A stretch of DNA of 64,000 nucleotides from Candidatus Gottesmanbacteria bacterium GW2011_GWA2_43_14 (lineage in GTDB: Bacteria; Patescibacteriota; Microgenomatia; 2-02-FULL-39-11). Location: positions 26,839-90,838 of the forward strand of contig LCFP01000003.1 of assembly GCA_000999095.1 (NCBI GenBank), read 5' to 3'. Each line of letters opens with the position of its first letter. Position 1 is the first letter of the stretch. The position numbers and the translations under genes are program-made. Below are positions 49,785 through 59,613 of this stretch, in pieces. Below the pieces are notes generated by a model. That model was not told the DNA's origin, ran no database searches, and saw only the letters and a list, made by a program, of their open reading frames with translations.

Positions 49785-50201
49785 TCAGCTTTTTGAAGGG
49801 TCAGGAACAGGGTTGACCTGGTTATTATCGAGTAGCGTGAAAAAATTATTAATTTCATTAACTATGTCTTTCGGGACGAGGTGGGCTTTTAAAAAAAATC
49901 CTTCAGCTCCGATTTTAAAGGCTTTTTTGATAATTTCATCCTGGCCCAAATTTGTAATCAGAAAAACGGGTGTGTTTTTGTTTTTAGATTCAGGTTTTTT
50001 TATTTCGATCAGGACATCAATACCGGTGACTTTTGGCAGCATGATATCCAAAAGAATCACGTCAAATATTTGCTGGGAAATCTTGTTTTCCGCTTCAGCG
50101 CCGTCTATCGCCAGAGTTACATCATATCCGGCTTTGCAGAACGCCCGTTCATACAGTTCCCTGATAAACTCCTCATCTTCGACAATCAGGACTTTCTTCA
50201 T
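49785..50201 (-). CDS. single-domain response regulator (CheY-like receiver), paralogue of 57553..58092
   Basis: VLIVEDEEFIRELY…DVILLDIMLPKVTGIDVL…. Confidence 0.8.
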   Translation of the reverse strand: MKKVLIVEDEEFIRELYERAFCKAGYDVTLAIDGAEAENKISQQIFDVILLDIMLPKVTGIDVLIEIKKPESKNKNTPVFLITNLGQDEIIKKAFKIGAEGFFLKAHLVPKDIVNEINNFFTLLDNNQVNPVPDPSKS

Positions 50202-50206
50202 ATCCT

Positions 50207-52498
50207 TTACTTTAACAGAATACCATTCATATTCACCTGTGACAACTTATCACCGGTTTTTATTTCATTAAAATGTTTAATACTGTCATCCGTCAAAATC
50301 GGCAGGGCAAAATAAAAAGTAGAGCCTTTACCCAATTCACTCCGGACCCATATATTTCCGTGATGCATCTCGATTATTGATTTGGAAATGAATAAGCCTA
50401 GCCCGGTCCCTTTTGACCCCTGTTCCAGCGCTCCCGACACACGGTAAAATTTGCTGAATAATTTCGGAATGGCTTCCTTGGGGATTCCCTGTCCGGTATC
50501 CATGATGGAAACAACCAGTCTTGACTTGCCGTTTATGTCGGGATTAGATTCGATTGACTCCTTTACCTTTATTGTGCCCCCCGATTGCGTGTAAGCGACA
50601 GCGTTTGACAAAAGATTTGACAGTACCTGGGAAATGCGGAAGCTGTCCGCCAAGACATGAGGAAATTTGGTAGTCAAGGGCAGGTATTCAACCGTTTGAT
50701 TTTTTGTGTGGGCAATTTCTTTAAACCCGGATACGGTATTGGAAATTGTTTCGCTCAGGTCTACGGGACTGACATCAACTTTAAAAGCATCCCGTTCAAT
50801 CCGGGCGACATTCAACAGATTGTCTATCAGGCTGTTTAAATTTCTGGTGCTGACGACCAGACGTTCAACATACCGCTTGTGTTCATCAGACAGTTGCGGG
50901 GCAATTTCGTCGCTGATGATCTGCACGTATCCCCTGATTGAAGTCAGCGGCGTCCGAAGTTCATGGGCTGCCATCGAGACAAAATCCACTTTCATCTCTT
51001 CAAGCTTTAATTCTTCGGTCACATCATGAACAGTTATAATGCAGCCTAAATTTCCGGCCCGGCTTTCGGTGATTTTGCCGGTCACCAGATTGACGCATGA
51101 CTCTTTTTGGTTAGCGACTAATCTGAGATTTTTTTTGTTAAAGATGACTCCTTCAAACGTATCATTACGGATAGGGGCATATCTGTCCGGCAGCAATTCT
51201 TCCTCTTTGTCATAAAGCCTGAAAACCTCCTTCAGGTACCGGCCGATCACCTGTTTCGATTCAGTCCCGGTGATTTTTTCGGCGGCCGAGTTAAATTGTG
51301 TTATACACTGATTCAGATCCGTGGCGATAACTCCGTCCTCGATTGCCGAAAGGATGACCGCCAGTTTATTCCTTTCGGAAGATATATTTTCTTTTTCCCG
51401 CTCCAGCTGGGAGCGGTTTGTTTTCAACTGTAAAGCCATGATATTGAGGCTTTTACCCAAATCTTCTATTTCATCCCCGCTGGTTATTTCCACTTCGGTA
51501 TCCAGATTTCCCTGCTTAATCAGATCGGTAAAATAAATAAGCTTGAGAATCGGCTGGATAAAGCGGGTGCTTAATACAATCGAACTTGCGACCAGCAACA
51601 ATAATGAGAAAGCGGCGGTCGTGAAGTAAAGATTTCGCAACATGGTAAGCTGGGCGAATATTTCCGCTTCCGGCTGTTCGACAACGACTATCCACTCCAA
51701 TCCGGGAATTTTTAAGCTGTCGGAAACGACGCGGACATTGTCTTCGTTGGTATAGACATCCGATGATTCAGGTAAAAGCTGTTCATTGTCCTCACCAGAG
51801 TCCAATTGCCGCTTGATTACCGGTCTGTCTGAAAAATTCGGTCCGGACAGGACAAGTTCGTGCTTGGGATGCATAATCAGACGGCCTTCATCATCAACTA
51901 CATAGGCAAACCCGCTTTTTCCAAGCTTCACCTGGGCAATAACGTCCGACAGCCTGTCTAACCGAAGCTGGCTTTTAACTACACCTGCAACCAAACCCAG
52001 TTCGGATACTACCGGAGTAAAAACTGAAAGATAGGGCATAGAGTCTGATTCGGAAAAATAAACTTTGGAGACGGCTGTTCTGCCGGATAAAGCGGACTTA
52101 AAAGGATCAGTCGGGATTTCAATGCTGAGGTTTTCGTCCCTTGAGACAGAATATCTGTCGGCTTTAATTAATTCCCTGCCGGTTGGGGATAAAATGCTGA
52201 TATTCTGGTAGAAAAATTTTTGGCGGATTGAGTATTTTATGACTTCGACAACTTTGTCCGGGTCAGATTCATAGTTCAGCTGAAATTCGCGTCCTATACC
52301 CAAATGGTCCAATTCAATTGACGAAGTCAGATTATTAATATATGAGGCGGCATCCCGGGCTTTCTCCTTTAGGATTTGGTTATTCTGGTTGCGGATGTAC
52401 TTTTCCGTGAGTTTAAATCCGAATGTCTGGGAAATGAAAAAGAGAACAAGAACTACGGCATATCCCAGGAGAATTTTGCTGCGGATAGACAGTTTCAT
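50207..52498 (-). CDS. membrane sensor histidine kinase with extracytoplasmic Cache-like and PAS domains
   Basis: Two TM flanking about 270-aa sensor domain; HAMP-like; H-box [16 protein letters not shown]; HATPase. Confidence 0.85.
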   Translation of the reverse strand: MKLSIRSKILLGYAVVLVLFFISQTFGFKLTEKYIRNQNNQILKEKARDAASYINNLTSSIELDHLGIGREFQLNYESDPDKVVEVIKYSIRQKFFYQNISILSPTGRELIKADRYSVSRDENLSIEIPTDPFKSALSGRTAVSKVYFSESDSMPYLSVFTPVVSELGLVAGVVKSQLRLDRLSDVIAQVKLGKSGFAYVVDDEGRLIMHPKHELVLSGPNFSDRPVIKRQLDSGEDNEQLLPESSDVYTNEDNVRVVSDSLKIPGLEWIVVVEQPEAEIFAQLTMLRNLYFTTAAFSLLLLVASSIVLSTRFIQPILKLIYFTDLIKQGNLDTEVEITSGDEIEDLGKSLNIMALQLKTNRSQLEREKENISSERNKLAVILSAIEDGVIATDLNQCITQFNSAAEKITGTESKQVIGRYLKEVFRLYDKEEELLPDRYAPIRNDTFEGVIFNKKNLRLVANQKESCVNLVTGKITESRAGNLGCIITVHDVTEELKLEEMKVDFVSMAAHELRTPLTSIRGYVQIISDEIAPQLSDEHKRYVERLVVSTRNLNSLIDNLLNVARIERDAFKVDVSPVDLSETISNTVSGFKEIAHTKNQTVEYLPLTTKFPHVLADSFRISQVLSNLLSNAVAYTQSGGTIKVKESIESNPDINGKSRLVVSIMDTGQGIPKEAIPKLFSKFYRVSGALEQGSKGTGLGLFISKSIIEMHHGNIWVRSELGKGSTFYFALPILTDDSIKHFNEIKTGDKLSQVNMNGILLK

Positions 52499-52502
52499 TC
52501 AT

Positions 52503-53420
52503 TTATTCCAGCCATTTCTGCTTCAGTAAAACCAGGTACCCCTGTTGTCTCAGGCTGTTCAGAGCAGTATTAATTTCCGCGATCAAATCATCCTCATTTT
52601 TCCGGAAGACCACACCGTATTCTTCCTCCGTAAAGGGTTCTCCCGCTATTTTAAGTTCCTGATTACTGTCAACAATTCCTTTGGCATTGGTCAGATCGGT
52701 GATAATGGCGTCGGCTTCCCCTTTTATCAACGCATCAGTAGCTCCGATAAAATCGTCAAAAAGAAGTACTTGATCGGGAGGGGCAGCCTTGAGAGCTTCA
52801 TCTTCACTGGTGGTTCCCTTTTGAACGGCTATCCTTTTAGCCGACAAATCATTTTCCGACTTGATGGAGTTTTCTGTTTCCAAAGTGATGATCACCTGGC
52901 CGGCATTTAAATAAGGAATGGAAAAATCAACGGTTTGTTTCCGTTCTTCATTGATGGTCACGCTCGAGAGGATAATGTCGGCTTCCCTCCTGTTCAAAGA
53001 ATTGAAAATGTCATCAAAGAGAATTGATGAGAATTCAGCTTTAACACCAAGCTTTTCGGCAATTTTATTCCCCAAGTCGATATCATATCCGGCCATCATT
53101 TGGTTGTCATCAACAAATTCCATCGGAGGATATGTTGCGTCCGTGGCGATAATGATTTTCCCGGCATTTTTAATGCGTTCTACATTCGGCAGGGACGGCT
53201 TTTCCTCCACCACCAGTTTTCTGCTTAGGGAACTTATGTAAAATAACCCGGCCCCTAATAAAACGATGAACCATAAACCAAGCACAATCAGCCATAAGTG
53301 ATGCCGTTTCGGTACGACAGGGGGTTGGGAAGGAATAGGGGAAGCGGCCGAAAGGACGGAGGACGGTTCAGGAGGGACAGTTTGATCCTGATCGGACGGC
53401 ATACTTTTACCATATATCAA
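52503..53420 (-). CDS. membrane-anchored family-3 solute-binding protein (amino-acid ABC-type SBP fold), likely kinase co-sensor
   Basis: Pro-rich N-terminus + TM then SBP_bac_3-like domain; stop 4 nt from kinase start. Confidence 0.6.
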   Translation of the reverse strand: MIYGKSMPSDQDQTVPPEPSSVLSAASPIPSQPPVVPKRHHLWLIVLGLWFIVLLGAGLFYISSLSRKLVVEEKPSLPNVERIKNAGKIIIATDATYPPMEFVDDNQMMAGYDIDLGNKIAEKLGVKAEFSSILFDDIFNSLNRREADIILSSVTINEERKQTVDFSIPYLNAGQVIITLETENSIKSENDLSAKRIAVQKGTTSEDEALKAAPPDQVLLFDDFIGATDALIKGEADAIITDLTNAKGIVDSNQELKIAGEPFTEEEYGVVFRKNEDDLIAEINTALNSLRQQGYLVLLKQKWLE

Positions 53421-53665
53421 TCACTTCGTTGCGTCAATTGTTTTTTACTTAAATCTCATAATCTATCCGGTAGCTTATTACATCCAGAGTATAACATCTG
53501 TTAGCCCATTTTTTTTCCGTTCCTACGCCAGAAATTAACAGTAATTACTCTTTCTTCTTACTGTCATCTTACATTTTTCTGCCTGGTGTCTAATTTCCTG
53601 AAATTAGTATTTTCATTCCTAATAAAAAATTCAAACATAAGGAGAAAGGAGGTGAAAAAAAACAA

Positions 53666-54253
53666 ATGAAGAAAGCTATTGGATCAATGGCCTTTGCAGC
53701 CGGACTGCTTCTGATGAGCGGTGTCCCTGCCATGGCCAAGGAATACTGCGGTAATAAAATTACAGGCCCTTTCAGTTATAACCGCTGCAAAATCGATAAT
53801 GAAAAGAAAATTTATATCGATTTAGATCAAAGAGCCAAGGTTAAGAATTATGTTCATACCGATTTCAATACCGGAAATAATTCGGAATACACAACCAAAG
53901 CCAAAGGAGGTCACACAAGCGGTGATGTTGATGCTGATGTAAAAATATACAATGACGTTAACAGCGCTAATCTCCTTATAGCACAGGGCGGAGACGGTAA
54001 CGGACAAAAAGGAAGTAATTATGTTACCGGTCCGTTTTCTCTAAACACAGTCGAAATAAAAGACAAAGCCAAGATTGACGTGGATTTGAATCAGAACGCG
54101 TATGTTAAAAACGATGTCACTGTCAACGCGAATACCGGAAGTCAATGCAAATTTACCACAATTTGCAACACCGGAAGTTCAGGCGACATTGATTCGGACG
54201 TGAAGATTGTAAATAAAGTTAACGATGCGGTATTGACTGTTGTTCAAAACTAG
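53666..54253 (+). CDS. secreted protein with two tandem ~70-aa repeats
   Basis: Strong SD GGAGAAAGGAGGTG; signal peptide; repeat (NKITGPFSYNRCKID…DVDADVKIYNDVNSANLLIAQ vs NYVTGPFSLNTVEIKD…DIDSDVKIVNKVNDAVLTVVQN). Confidence 0.65.
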   Translation: MKKAIGSMAFAAGLLLMSGVPAMAKEYCGNKITGPFSYNRCKIDNEKKIYIDLDQRAKVKNYVHTDFNTGNNSEYTTKAKGGHTSGDVDADVKIYNDVNSANLLIAQGGDGNGQKGSNYVTGPFSLNTVEIKDKAKIDVDLNQNAYVKNDVTVNANTGSQCKFTTICNTGSSGDIDSDVKIVNKVNDAVLTVVQN

Positions 54254-54274
54254 GTAACAACAATTACCTTTAAG

Positions 54275-54314
54275 CAAACTCTCCAAGGTACCTGCCTGGG
54301 AGAGTTTGTTTTTT
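54275..54314. terminator. bidirectional rho-independent terminator between convergent genes
   Basis: CAAACTCTCC-loop-GGAGAGTTTG followed by TTTTTT (and preceded by A-rich tract on the other strand). Confidence 0.65.
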
Positions 54315-56553
54315 ATAAGGTCGGTAATAATCCGGTAGGCAGAGGTACTTCTTCGGTTGGCAAAAGTTCCGGTGTAGCCGAAGGATCGACGGTCGGGGTC
54401 GGCACCGGAGTTAAAGTAGGATCATTTTCCTCTTCTTCTGGCTCATCTTCATTATCATCATTATTTTCTTCCGGGATATTTTCATCTTCTGATTCCGGTG
54501 TGGGAGTGGGACAATCAACGGCACTTACAGTGTCTTCATCAAAAACTTCCTCTATTTTATCGGCACAATCACATCCGGGCAACAGCGTTTCACGGCAAAC
54601 AGCCAACCGGATAATTCCGGATGGTTCGCTAAAATTATTTTGAGGCAGACGGCGATGTGCTGCTTCCATGACATCATGCCAAATGGGAGCCGCTCCGACA
54701 GAACCGGCGACGCGGCTCATAGGCCTGTTGTCATTATTGCCGATCCAGACTCCAGTGACCAGATCAGGAGTATAGCCAATTGTCCAGGCATCGCGGTAAT
54801 CATCGGTCGTGCCCGTTTTAACAGCTGCCTGACGTGAAAGATTCAAGGCGCTGACACTGCCGAAAATTTCCGCTCTGGCGAAGCTGTCTGAAAGAATATC
54901 TGTTGTCAGATAGGCATATTTTTCCCGGATGATACGTTTGCTGCCGCTGCCGTTGATATTTTTTTCCTTCATAACAGATTCATAGTCGGAGAGTTCGCTA
55001 TTGGTAAAAATTTTATCTTCAATCAAGGTTTGAGGGTTGTAAGCATAAATCAGATTTCCGAATTTATCCTTTATTTCCAAAAAGAAATGGCTGGGGACTG
55101 AATTGCCCATTTGGGAAAAAATGCCGTAAGCCCTGGTTAGCTCAAATAATTCGACTTCGCCGCCTCCCAGGGTCAACGATAAGCCGTATCTTTCCGCTTC
55201 AGTCAAACTGGTAATACCCAGATCCCCGGCCAGTGACAAAGCCGCATCCACACCAATCATGCTTAAAAGCTCAACAGCTGGAATGTTCAGTGAATTGGCT
55301 AAAGCCCTTCTTAAGGTGACATCCCCCCGGAAACGGTTGTCGTAATTTTTCGGGCTGTAGTTACCAAAATCAGTTGGCCGGTCATGAAGTATATCGGTTG
55401 TCTTGAAACCTTCCATAAAAGCTTTGGTATAAACTACCGGTTTGAATGCAGAACCAGGCTGGCGTTTGGAAAAAACGACGTTAAATTTGCCAAACGTTTC
55501 ATTATTCCAGTCATAGCTTCCGACCATAGCCAATATTTCTCCTGTTGAAGGTTTGATTACCACCAGTCCGCCGTTTTCAACATTCTGGGGTGCCAGCCTG
55601 TCGACGTGACCGGATAAAATATTCTGCGCTTCCTCCTGCAAAGACAAATCAAGTGAGGTAGTTACCTGAAAACCGTTGCGGATTACGGTGTCTTCTCCGT
55701 ACATGTCAATCAGGAGTGATTTGACATAAACCGCAAAATGCGGAGCCGTAAAGGTCTCTTCCGGTTGATTTTCCAGAAAGTCCGGCGGACTCCCTACGGC
55801 TTCCCGGTATTCTTCATTTTCGATTATTTTTGCTTCTAAAAGTCTGTCCAGGATAAGCTTTTGCCTTTCAAAAAGCTGCTGCCGGTCGCCTGTTATGGGT
55901 GATAAGCGTGACGGAGCTTGAGGTAAAGCGGCCAAAATGACCGCTTCGGATAAATTTACCTCATTGATGTTTTTGCCGAAATAGGTTTCTGCAGCGGCGG
56001 CTACACCGTAGGCGCCTTCACCGTAATAAATGGAGTTAAGATACATTTCCAGAATTTTATCTTTGTCATATCTCCTTTCGACTTCGAAAGAGAGGATCAA
56101 TTCCTGGAATTTGCGCCTGATGGTTTTGTCAGCCGTTAAAAGGGAATTTTTAACTAACTGCTGGGTAATGGTTGAACCTCCGTATGTTAGATCCTGGACT
56201 TTCAGATTTAAAAGGATTGACCTGGCTATGCCGGTGAAAGAAAAGCCTGGATGATCGTAAAATTCCCTGTCTTCGATTTGGATTGTAGCCTGCCTCAAAA
56301 GGAGGGGTGTCTCATTTAAAGGAACGGGTTCCAGCTCTTTTAATTGTCCGCTTTTATAAAAAACTTTGCCGTTTCTGTCGGTCAGGACCAAACCGGTGTT
56401 ATTGCTGTTCATCAGCCGTTCGGGTGTGGCCAGATTGGCGATAAAGATAATATAGGTATACAGGCCGAATAAAAAAACCAGGAATACCACAACTACCGAT
56501 ATGAAAAACCAGTAAGGCAGGATTTTTTTGACGACAGATAGAAGCTTTTTCAT
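54313..56553 (-). CDS. class A penicillin-binding protein (second copy) with acidic/Pro-rich C-terminal tail
   Basis: QIEDREFYDHPG (GT51); SGSAFKP; KTGTTDD; C-terminal EDENIPEENNDDNEDEPEEEEND…PTLTPVPTPT. Confidence 0.85.
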   Translation of the reverse strand: MKKLLSVVKKILPYWFFISVVVVFLVFLFGLYTYIIFIANLATPERLMNSNNTGLVLTDRNGKVFYKSGQLKELEPVPLNETPLLLRQATIQIEDREFYDHPGFSFTGIARSILLNLKVQDLTYGGSTITQQLVKNSLLTADKTIRRKFQELILSFEVERRYDKDKILEMYLNSIYYGEGAYGVAAAAETYFGKNINEVNLSEAVILAALPQAPSRLSPITGDRQQLFERQKLILDRLLEAKIIENEEYREAVGSPPDFLENQPEETFTAPHFAVYVKSLLIDMYGEDTVIRNGFQVTTSLDLSLQEEAQNILSGHVDRLAPQNVENGGLVVIKPSTGEILAMVGSYDWNNETFGKFNVVFSKRQPGSAFKPVVYTKAFMEGFKTTDILHDRPTDFGNYSPKNYDNRFRGDVTLRRALANSLNIPAVELLSMIGVDAALSLAGDLGITSLTEAERYGLSLTLGGGEVELFELTRAYGIFSQMGNSVPSHFFLEIKDKFGNLIYAYNPQTLIEDKIFTNSELSDYESVMKEKNINGSGSKRIIREKYAYLTTDILSDSFARAEIFGSVSALNLSRQAAVKTGTTDDYRDAWTIGYTPDLVTGVWIGNNDNRPMSRVAGSVGAAPIWHDVMEAAHRRLPQNNFSEPSGIIRLAVCRETLLPGCDCADKIEEVFDEDTVSAVDCPTPTPESEDENIPEENNDDNEDEPEEEENDPTLTPVPTPTVDPSATPELLPTEEVPLPTGLLPTL

Positions 56554-56640
56554 ATTTTCATATATGTATTTAAGTGAAGTGATCTGATTTTATAATAAAG
56601 GCGACAGATTGCCAAAATACTGATGAGGCCAGCGCTTAAT

Positions 56641-56669
56641 TTGTATCCTTGAGCCGGATTCACTATACT
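56641..56669 (+). promoter_or_regulatory. candidate sigma70 promoter (TTGTAT-17-TATACT) giving a very short leader for dsbB
   Basis: -10 ends 16 nt before ATG; no SD present. Confidence 0.35.
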
Positions 56670-56685
56670 AATAGAAACAAAATTT

Positions 56686-57234
56686 ATGAATCCGGCAGCA
56701 GTAACAACCTTTCTGTCAGTCTTAACGGTTGCAGGCTTAGTGGGAGCAGTTTTTCTGGCCTTAATTTATCTATTACCAAAAAACTCCAAAAAAACCGGGA
56801 AAAAGCTTGTTCCGCTTAAACAGTGGTTATCCCAATACGCTTTTCATCTGGCGCTGATCGTTTCTTTAACGGCGACCATGGGCAGTTTATATTTTTCTGA
56901 AATTGCAGGGTATGAACCGTGCAAACTGTGCTGGTACCAGCGTATTTTGATGTACCCGCAAGTTTTATTGCTGGGATTAAGCCTGATCATGAAAGATAAG
57001 AATATCGGCCGGTATCTGTTGATGCTTTCTCTTATCGGTTTACCTGTGGCCGTCTACCATTACTACCTGCAATGGGGAGGCAATCCGTTGGTTCCCTGTT
57101 CCACTGTCGGCATATCGGTTGACTGTTCCGACAGGTTTGTGATGCAGTTTGGGTTTGTTTCCATCCCTTTTATGTCTTTTACTTCATTTTTGCTGATTGC
57201 CCTTTTAATGCTTTTCCCCAAAAAAAGCAGGTAA
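56686..57234 (+). CDS. dsbB: disulfide bond formation protein B (DsbB/BdbC family)
   Basis: 4 TM; CKLCWYQR first Cys pair and second Cys pair in periplasmic loop (C…C at PCSTVGISVDC). Confidence 0.7.
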   Translation: MNPAAVTTFLSVLTVAGLVGAVFLALIYLLPKNSKKTGKKLVPLKQWLSQYAFHLALIVSLTATMGSLYFSEIAGYEPCKLCWYQRILMYPQVLLLGLSLIMKDKNIGRYLLMLSLIGLPVAVYHYYLQWGGNPLVPCSTVGISVDCSDRFVMQFGFVSIPFMSFTSFLLIALLMLFPKKSR

Positions 57235-57285
57235 AATCTCCTTCTCTTTTCCTTGCCGGGATTTTGATTTAAAATACCAACCGCT

Positions 57286-57552
57286 ATGGCAGAAAAGGAA
57301 AAAAAAGGCTGGGGCACGAAAATCCTGGAAGTTTCCCAGAAAGTAGATAAATATGTAATAGTCGCGGGTCTTGGCATGATTGCCTACGGTTTAATCGCAG
57401 CCTCATCAGCTGCGGTAGGATGGGGGGCGTTGGCTGCAGGTACGAGTGCAGCGACCTATGCCGGAGCCGAATACATAAAAAACAGAAAGAAAAGAAAGCA
57501 AGGATCAGTCAGAGTCAACCGCAGGTCTAAGGCAATCTATAATGATGTCTGA
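57286..57552 (+). CDS. small membrane protein (hypothetical)
   Basis: 88 aa, two TM, basic C-terminus. Confidence 0.4.
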   Translation: MAEKEKKGWGTKILEVSQKVDKYVIVAGLGMIAYGLIAASSAAVGWGALAAGTSAATYAGAEYIKNRKKRKQGSVRVNRRSKAIYNDV

Positions 57553-58092
57553 TTATTGGGGTTTATCGGGAGATGGAGCAGTTGCCGGCGAAGAAGGGGG
57601 AGGAGTAACCGGTTGAACCTGAGGGGGTACGGCTGGGGTTATGTCAGCCGGAGCGGGAGCCGGAGATGCCACAGGCTCTGCTGCCGCCGGTGCCGCTGAC
57701 TGATTCTGTAAATCCGCCATCTGCTGGAAAAATGCATCCACTTCCCTGACAACGTCCATGGGTGTAAATTGGGCTTTGATCAGATAACCGTCAGCCCCGA
57801 TTTTGAAGGCTTCCTTGATGATATCTTCCTGGCCAAGATTGGTGATCAGAATGATAGGTGTATTTTTCGTCGGAGAAGTAGGGGCTCTCATGGCCCGCAG
57901 GACATCGATGCCGGTAACCTTTGGCAGCATGATATCCAAAAGAATCAGATCGTATACATGGCTGCTTAATTTAACCAGAGCTTCTTGTCCGTCCGAAGCA
58001 GTTTCGACCGAATAATTGCCGGTTTTAACGAAAGACATGCGGTAGATTTCCTGAATGTGGAAATCGTCCTCAACCAATAACAGGGTTTTCAT
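57553..58092 (-). CDS. single-domain response regulator with Pro/Ala-rich C-terminal tail
   Basis: LLLVEDDFHIQEIY…DLILLDIMLPKVTGIDVL…; tail …PAPAPADITPAVPPQVQPVTPPPSSP. Confidence 0.8.
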   Translation of the reverse strand: MKTLLLVEDDFHIQEIYRMSFVKTGNYSVETASDGQEALVKLSSHVYDLILLDIMLPKVTGIDVLRAMRAPTSPTKNTPIILITNLGQEDIIKEAFKIGADGYLIKAQFTPMDVVREVDAFFQQMADLQNQSAAPAAAEPVASPAPAPADITPAVPPQVQPVTPPPSSPATAPSPDKPQ

Positions 58093-58095
58093 AAT

Positions 58096-59613
58096 TTAAT
58101 TGCTGCCTGAATTGCCGGCCATCCTCTGGGAAATTCTTTCAGGATTAATCATAATACCTTTTCCGGTTTTAGACAAACTGCCGAACTGGGCTGCCGGTTG
58201 GGATGCCTGGATATTGGAAGCGATAGGCAGGGTAAAAGTGAAAGTTGAGCCTTTGCCAAGTTCGCTTTCAACTGAAATTTCTCCACCATGCATGGTAATA
58301 ATGGATTTGGAAATGAATAATCCTAAACCTGTGCCCTTGGATCCCTGTTCCAGGACGCTGGAAACCCGGAAAAATTTGGTAAAAAGCTTGGCAAGGGCTT
58401 CTTTGGGAATGCCGATGCCGGTGTCCCTGACGGAAACGGAGACGAATGAATCCTTTTTGGTAAGATAGATCTTTATTGATTCGCCAACAGGAGTATAGGT
58501 TATGGCGTTTGTTATCAAATTGGAAATAACCTGATTGATACGCGAAGAGTCAGCCATTACCAGGGGCAATTTTTCCAGCGGCTCTTCAAAAGTCAGTGTT
58601 TGTCCTTTGCTGTTTGCCTGGTCTATCATATCGGTAACGGTATTTTTCACAAGAGAGGTCAAATCCAAGGCTGCAGGTTCAATTTTATAGGACCCTCTTT
58701 CAATCCGCGAGACGTTTAACAGATTATCGATGAGAGTTCCCAAATTTGCAGCATTATATTCGAGTCGATGCAGATGCTCCTGATGTTCCGGAGACAGTTT
58801 TTCGCCCAGTTCGGAGTTCAGAAGTTCGGCATATCCCCTGATGACTGTCAAAGGCGTCCGAAGTTCATGGGCTGCCATGGAAACGAAGTCTAGCTTCATT
58901 TCCTCCAGGGCTTTTTGATTGGTTTCGTCATAGAATGTCAGAATAAAACCGTGGTTTTCCTCTTCCTGGAAAGTGACTGTAGTAATGGAAACAGATACAT
59001 GGAATATCTTGCCGTCCTGCGATCTGATTTGCAGGCCGTGTTCACGATGGATTGTCGCCAGCTCATCCGGTTTGACAAAGTAATTGGAAACTATGATTTT
59101 TTCATCGCCCCCGTAAATATGAAGTATTTCATCAATATGTTTTCCGGTAACCATTTGCTCCGTAAAACCCGTGAATTTCTCGGCCGTTTTATTGAAAATC
59201 AGGACTTTGCCGCCCTGGTCCAGAGCAATTACTGCTTCAGATAAAGAAGCCAGCAGGGTTTCCATTTTCTTTTCCTGCCTGTTGAATTGCGCTTCACGCT
59301 GTCCGATTTGTTCGGTTATCAAAGTAAAAGTGGTTGACAGATGTTCTAAATCCTGACCGGCGATGCCTATGCCGGAATTGAATTTTTCCTTTTCCAGTTT
59401 TTCCAAAGCTGAGGCCATTTTGTTGCCTATCGAGCTGTAAAATAAGTTTATTACCAATATCGAAGCTAAAATAAGCAGATTACCGGCTACTAAAACCAGC
59501 CAAAAACCGGGAAGCGGTCCTCCTAAAAGATAAGCAATCAGGGCAAGTGCGGTGAAAAGGCCGGTCAGGATTACGGCTGTTATAAGGGATTTTGCTCTCA
59601 AGCTTATTTTCAT
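58096..59613 (-). CDS. membrane sensor histidine kinase (2 TM, PAS domains)
   Basis: H-box [16 protein letters not shown]; HATPase; 3-nt gap to downstream receiver gene. Confidence 0.85.
   Translation of the reverse strand: MKISLRAKSLITAVILTGLFTALALIAYLLGGPLPGFWLVLVAGNLLILASILVINLFYSSIGNKMASALEKLEKEKFNSGIGIAGQDLEHLSTTFTLITEQIGQREAQFNRQEKKMETLLASLSEAVIALDQGGKVLIFNKTAEKFTGFTEQMVTGKHIDEILHIYGGDEKIIVSNYFVKPDELATIHREHGLQIRSQDGKIFHVSVSITTVTFQEEENHGFILTFYDETNQKALEEMKLDFVSMAAHELRTPLTVIRGYAELLNSELGEKLSPEHQEHLHRLEYNAANLGTLIDNLLNVSRIERGSYKIEPAALDLTSLVKNTVTDMIDQANSKGQTLTFEEPLEKLPLVMADSSRINQVISNLITNAITYTPVGESIKIYLTKKDSFVSVSVRDTGIGIPKEALAKLFTKFFRVSSVLEQGSKGTGLGLFISKSIITMHGGEISVESELGKGSTFTFTLPIASNIQASQPAAQFGSLSKTGKGIMINPERISQRMAGNSGSN

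Noticed and set aside
53440-53500. Sigma70 promoter for the SBP-HK operon
   Set aside because: Candidate hexamers have non-canonical spacing (21 nt). Could not be supported confidently.
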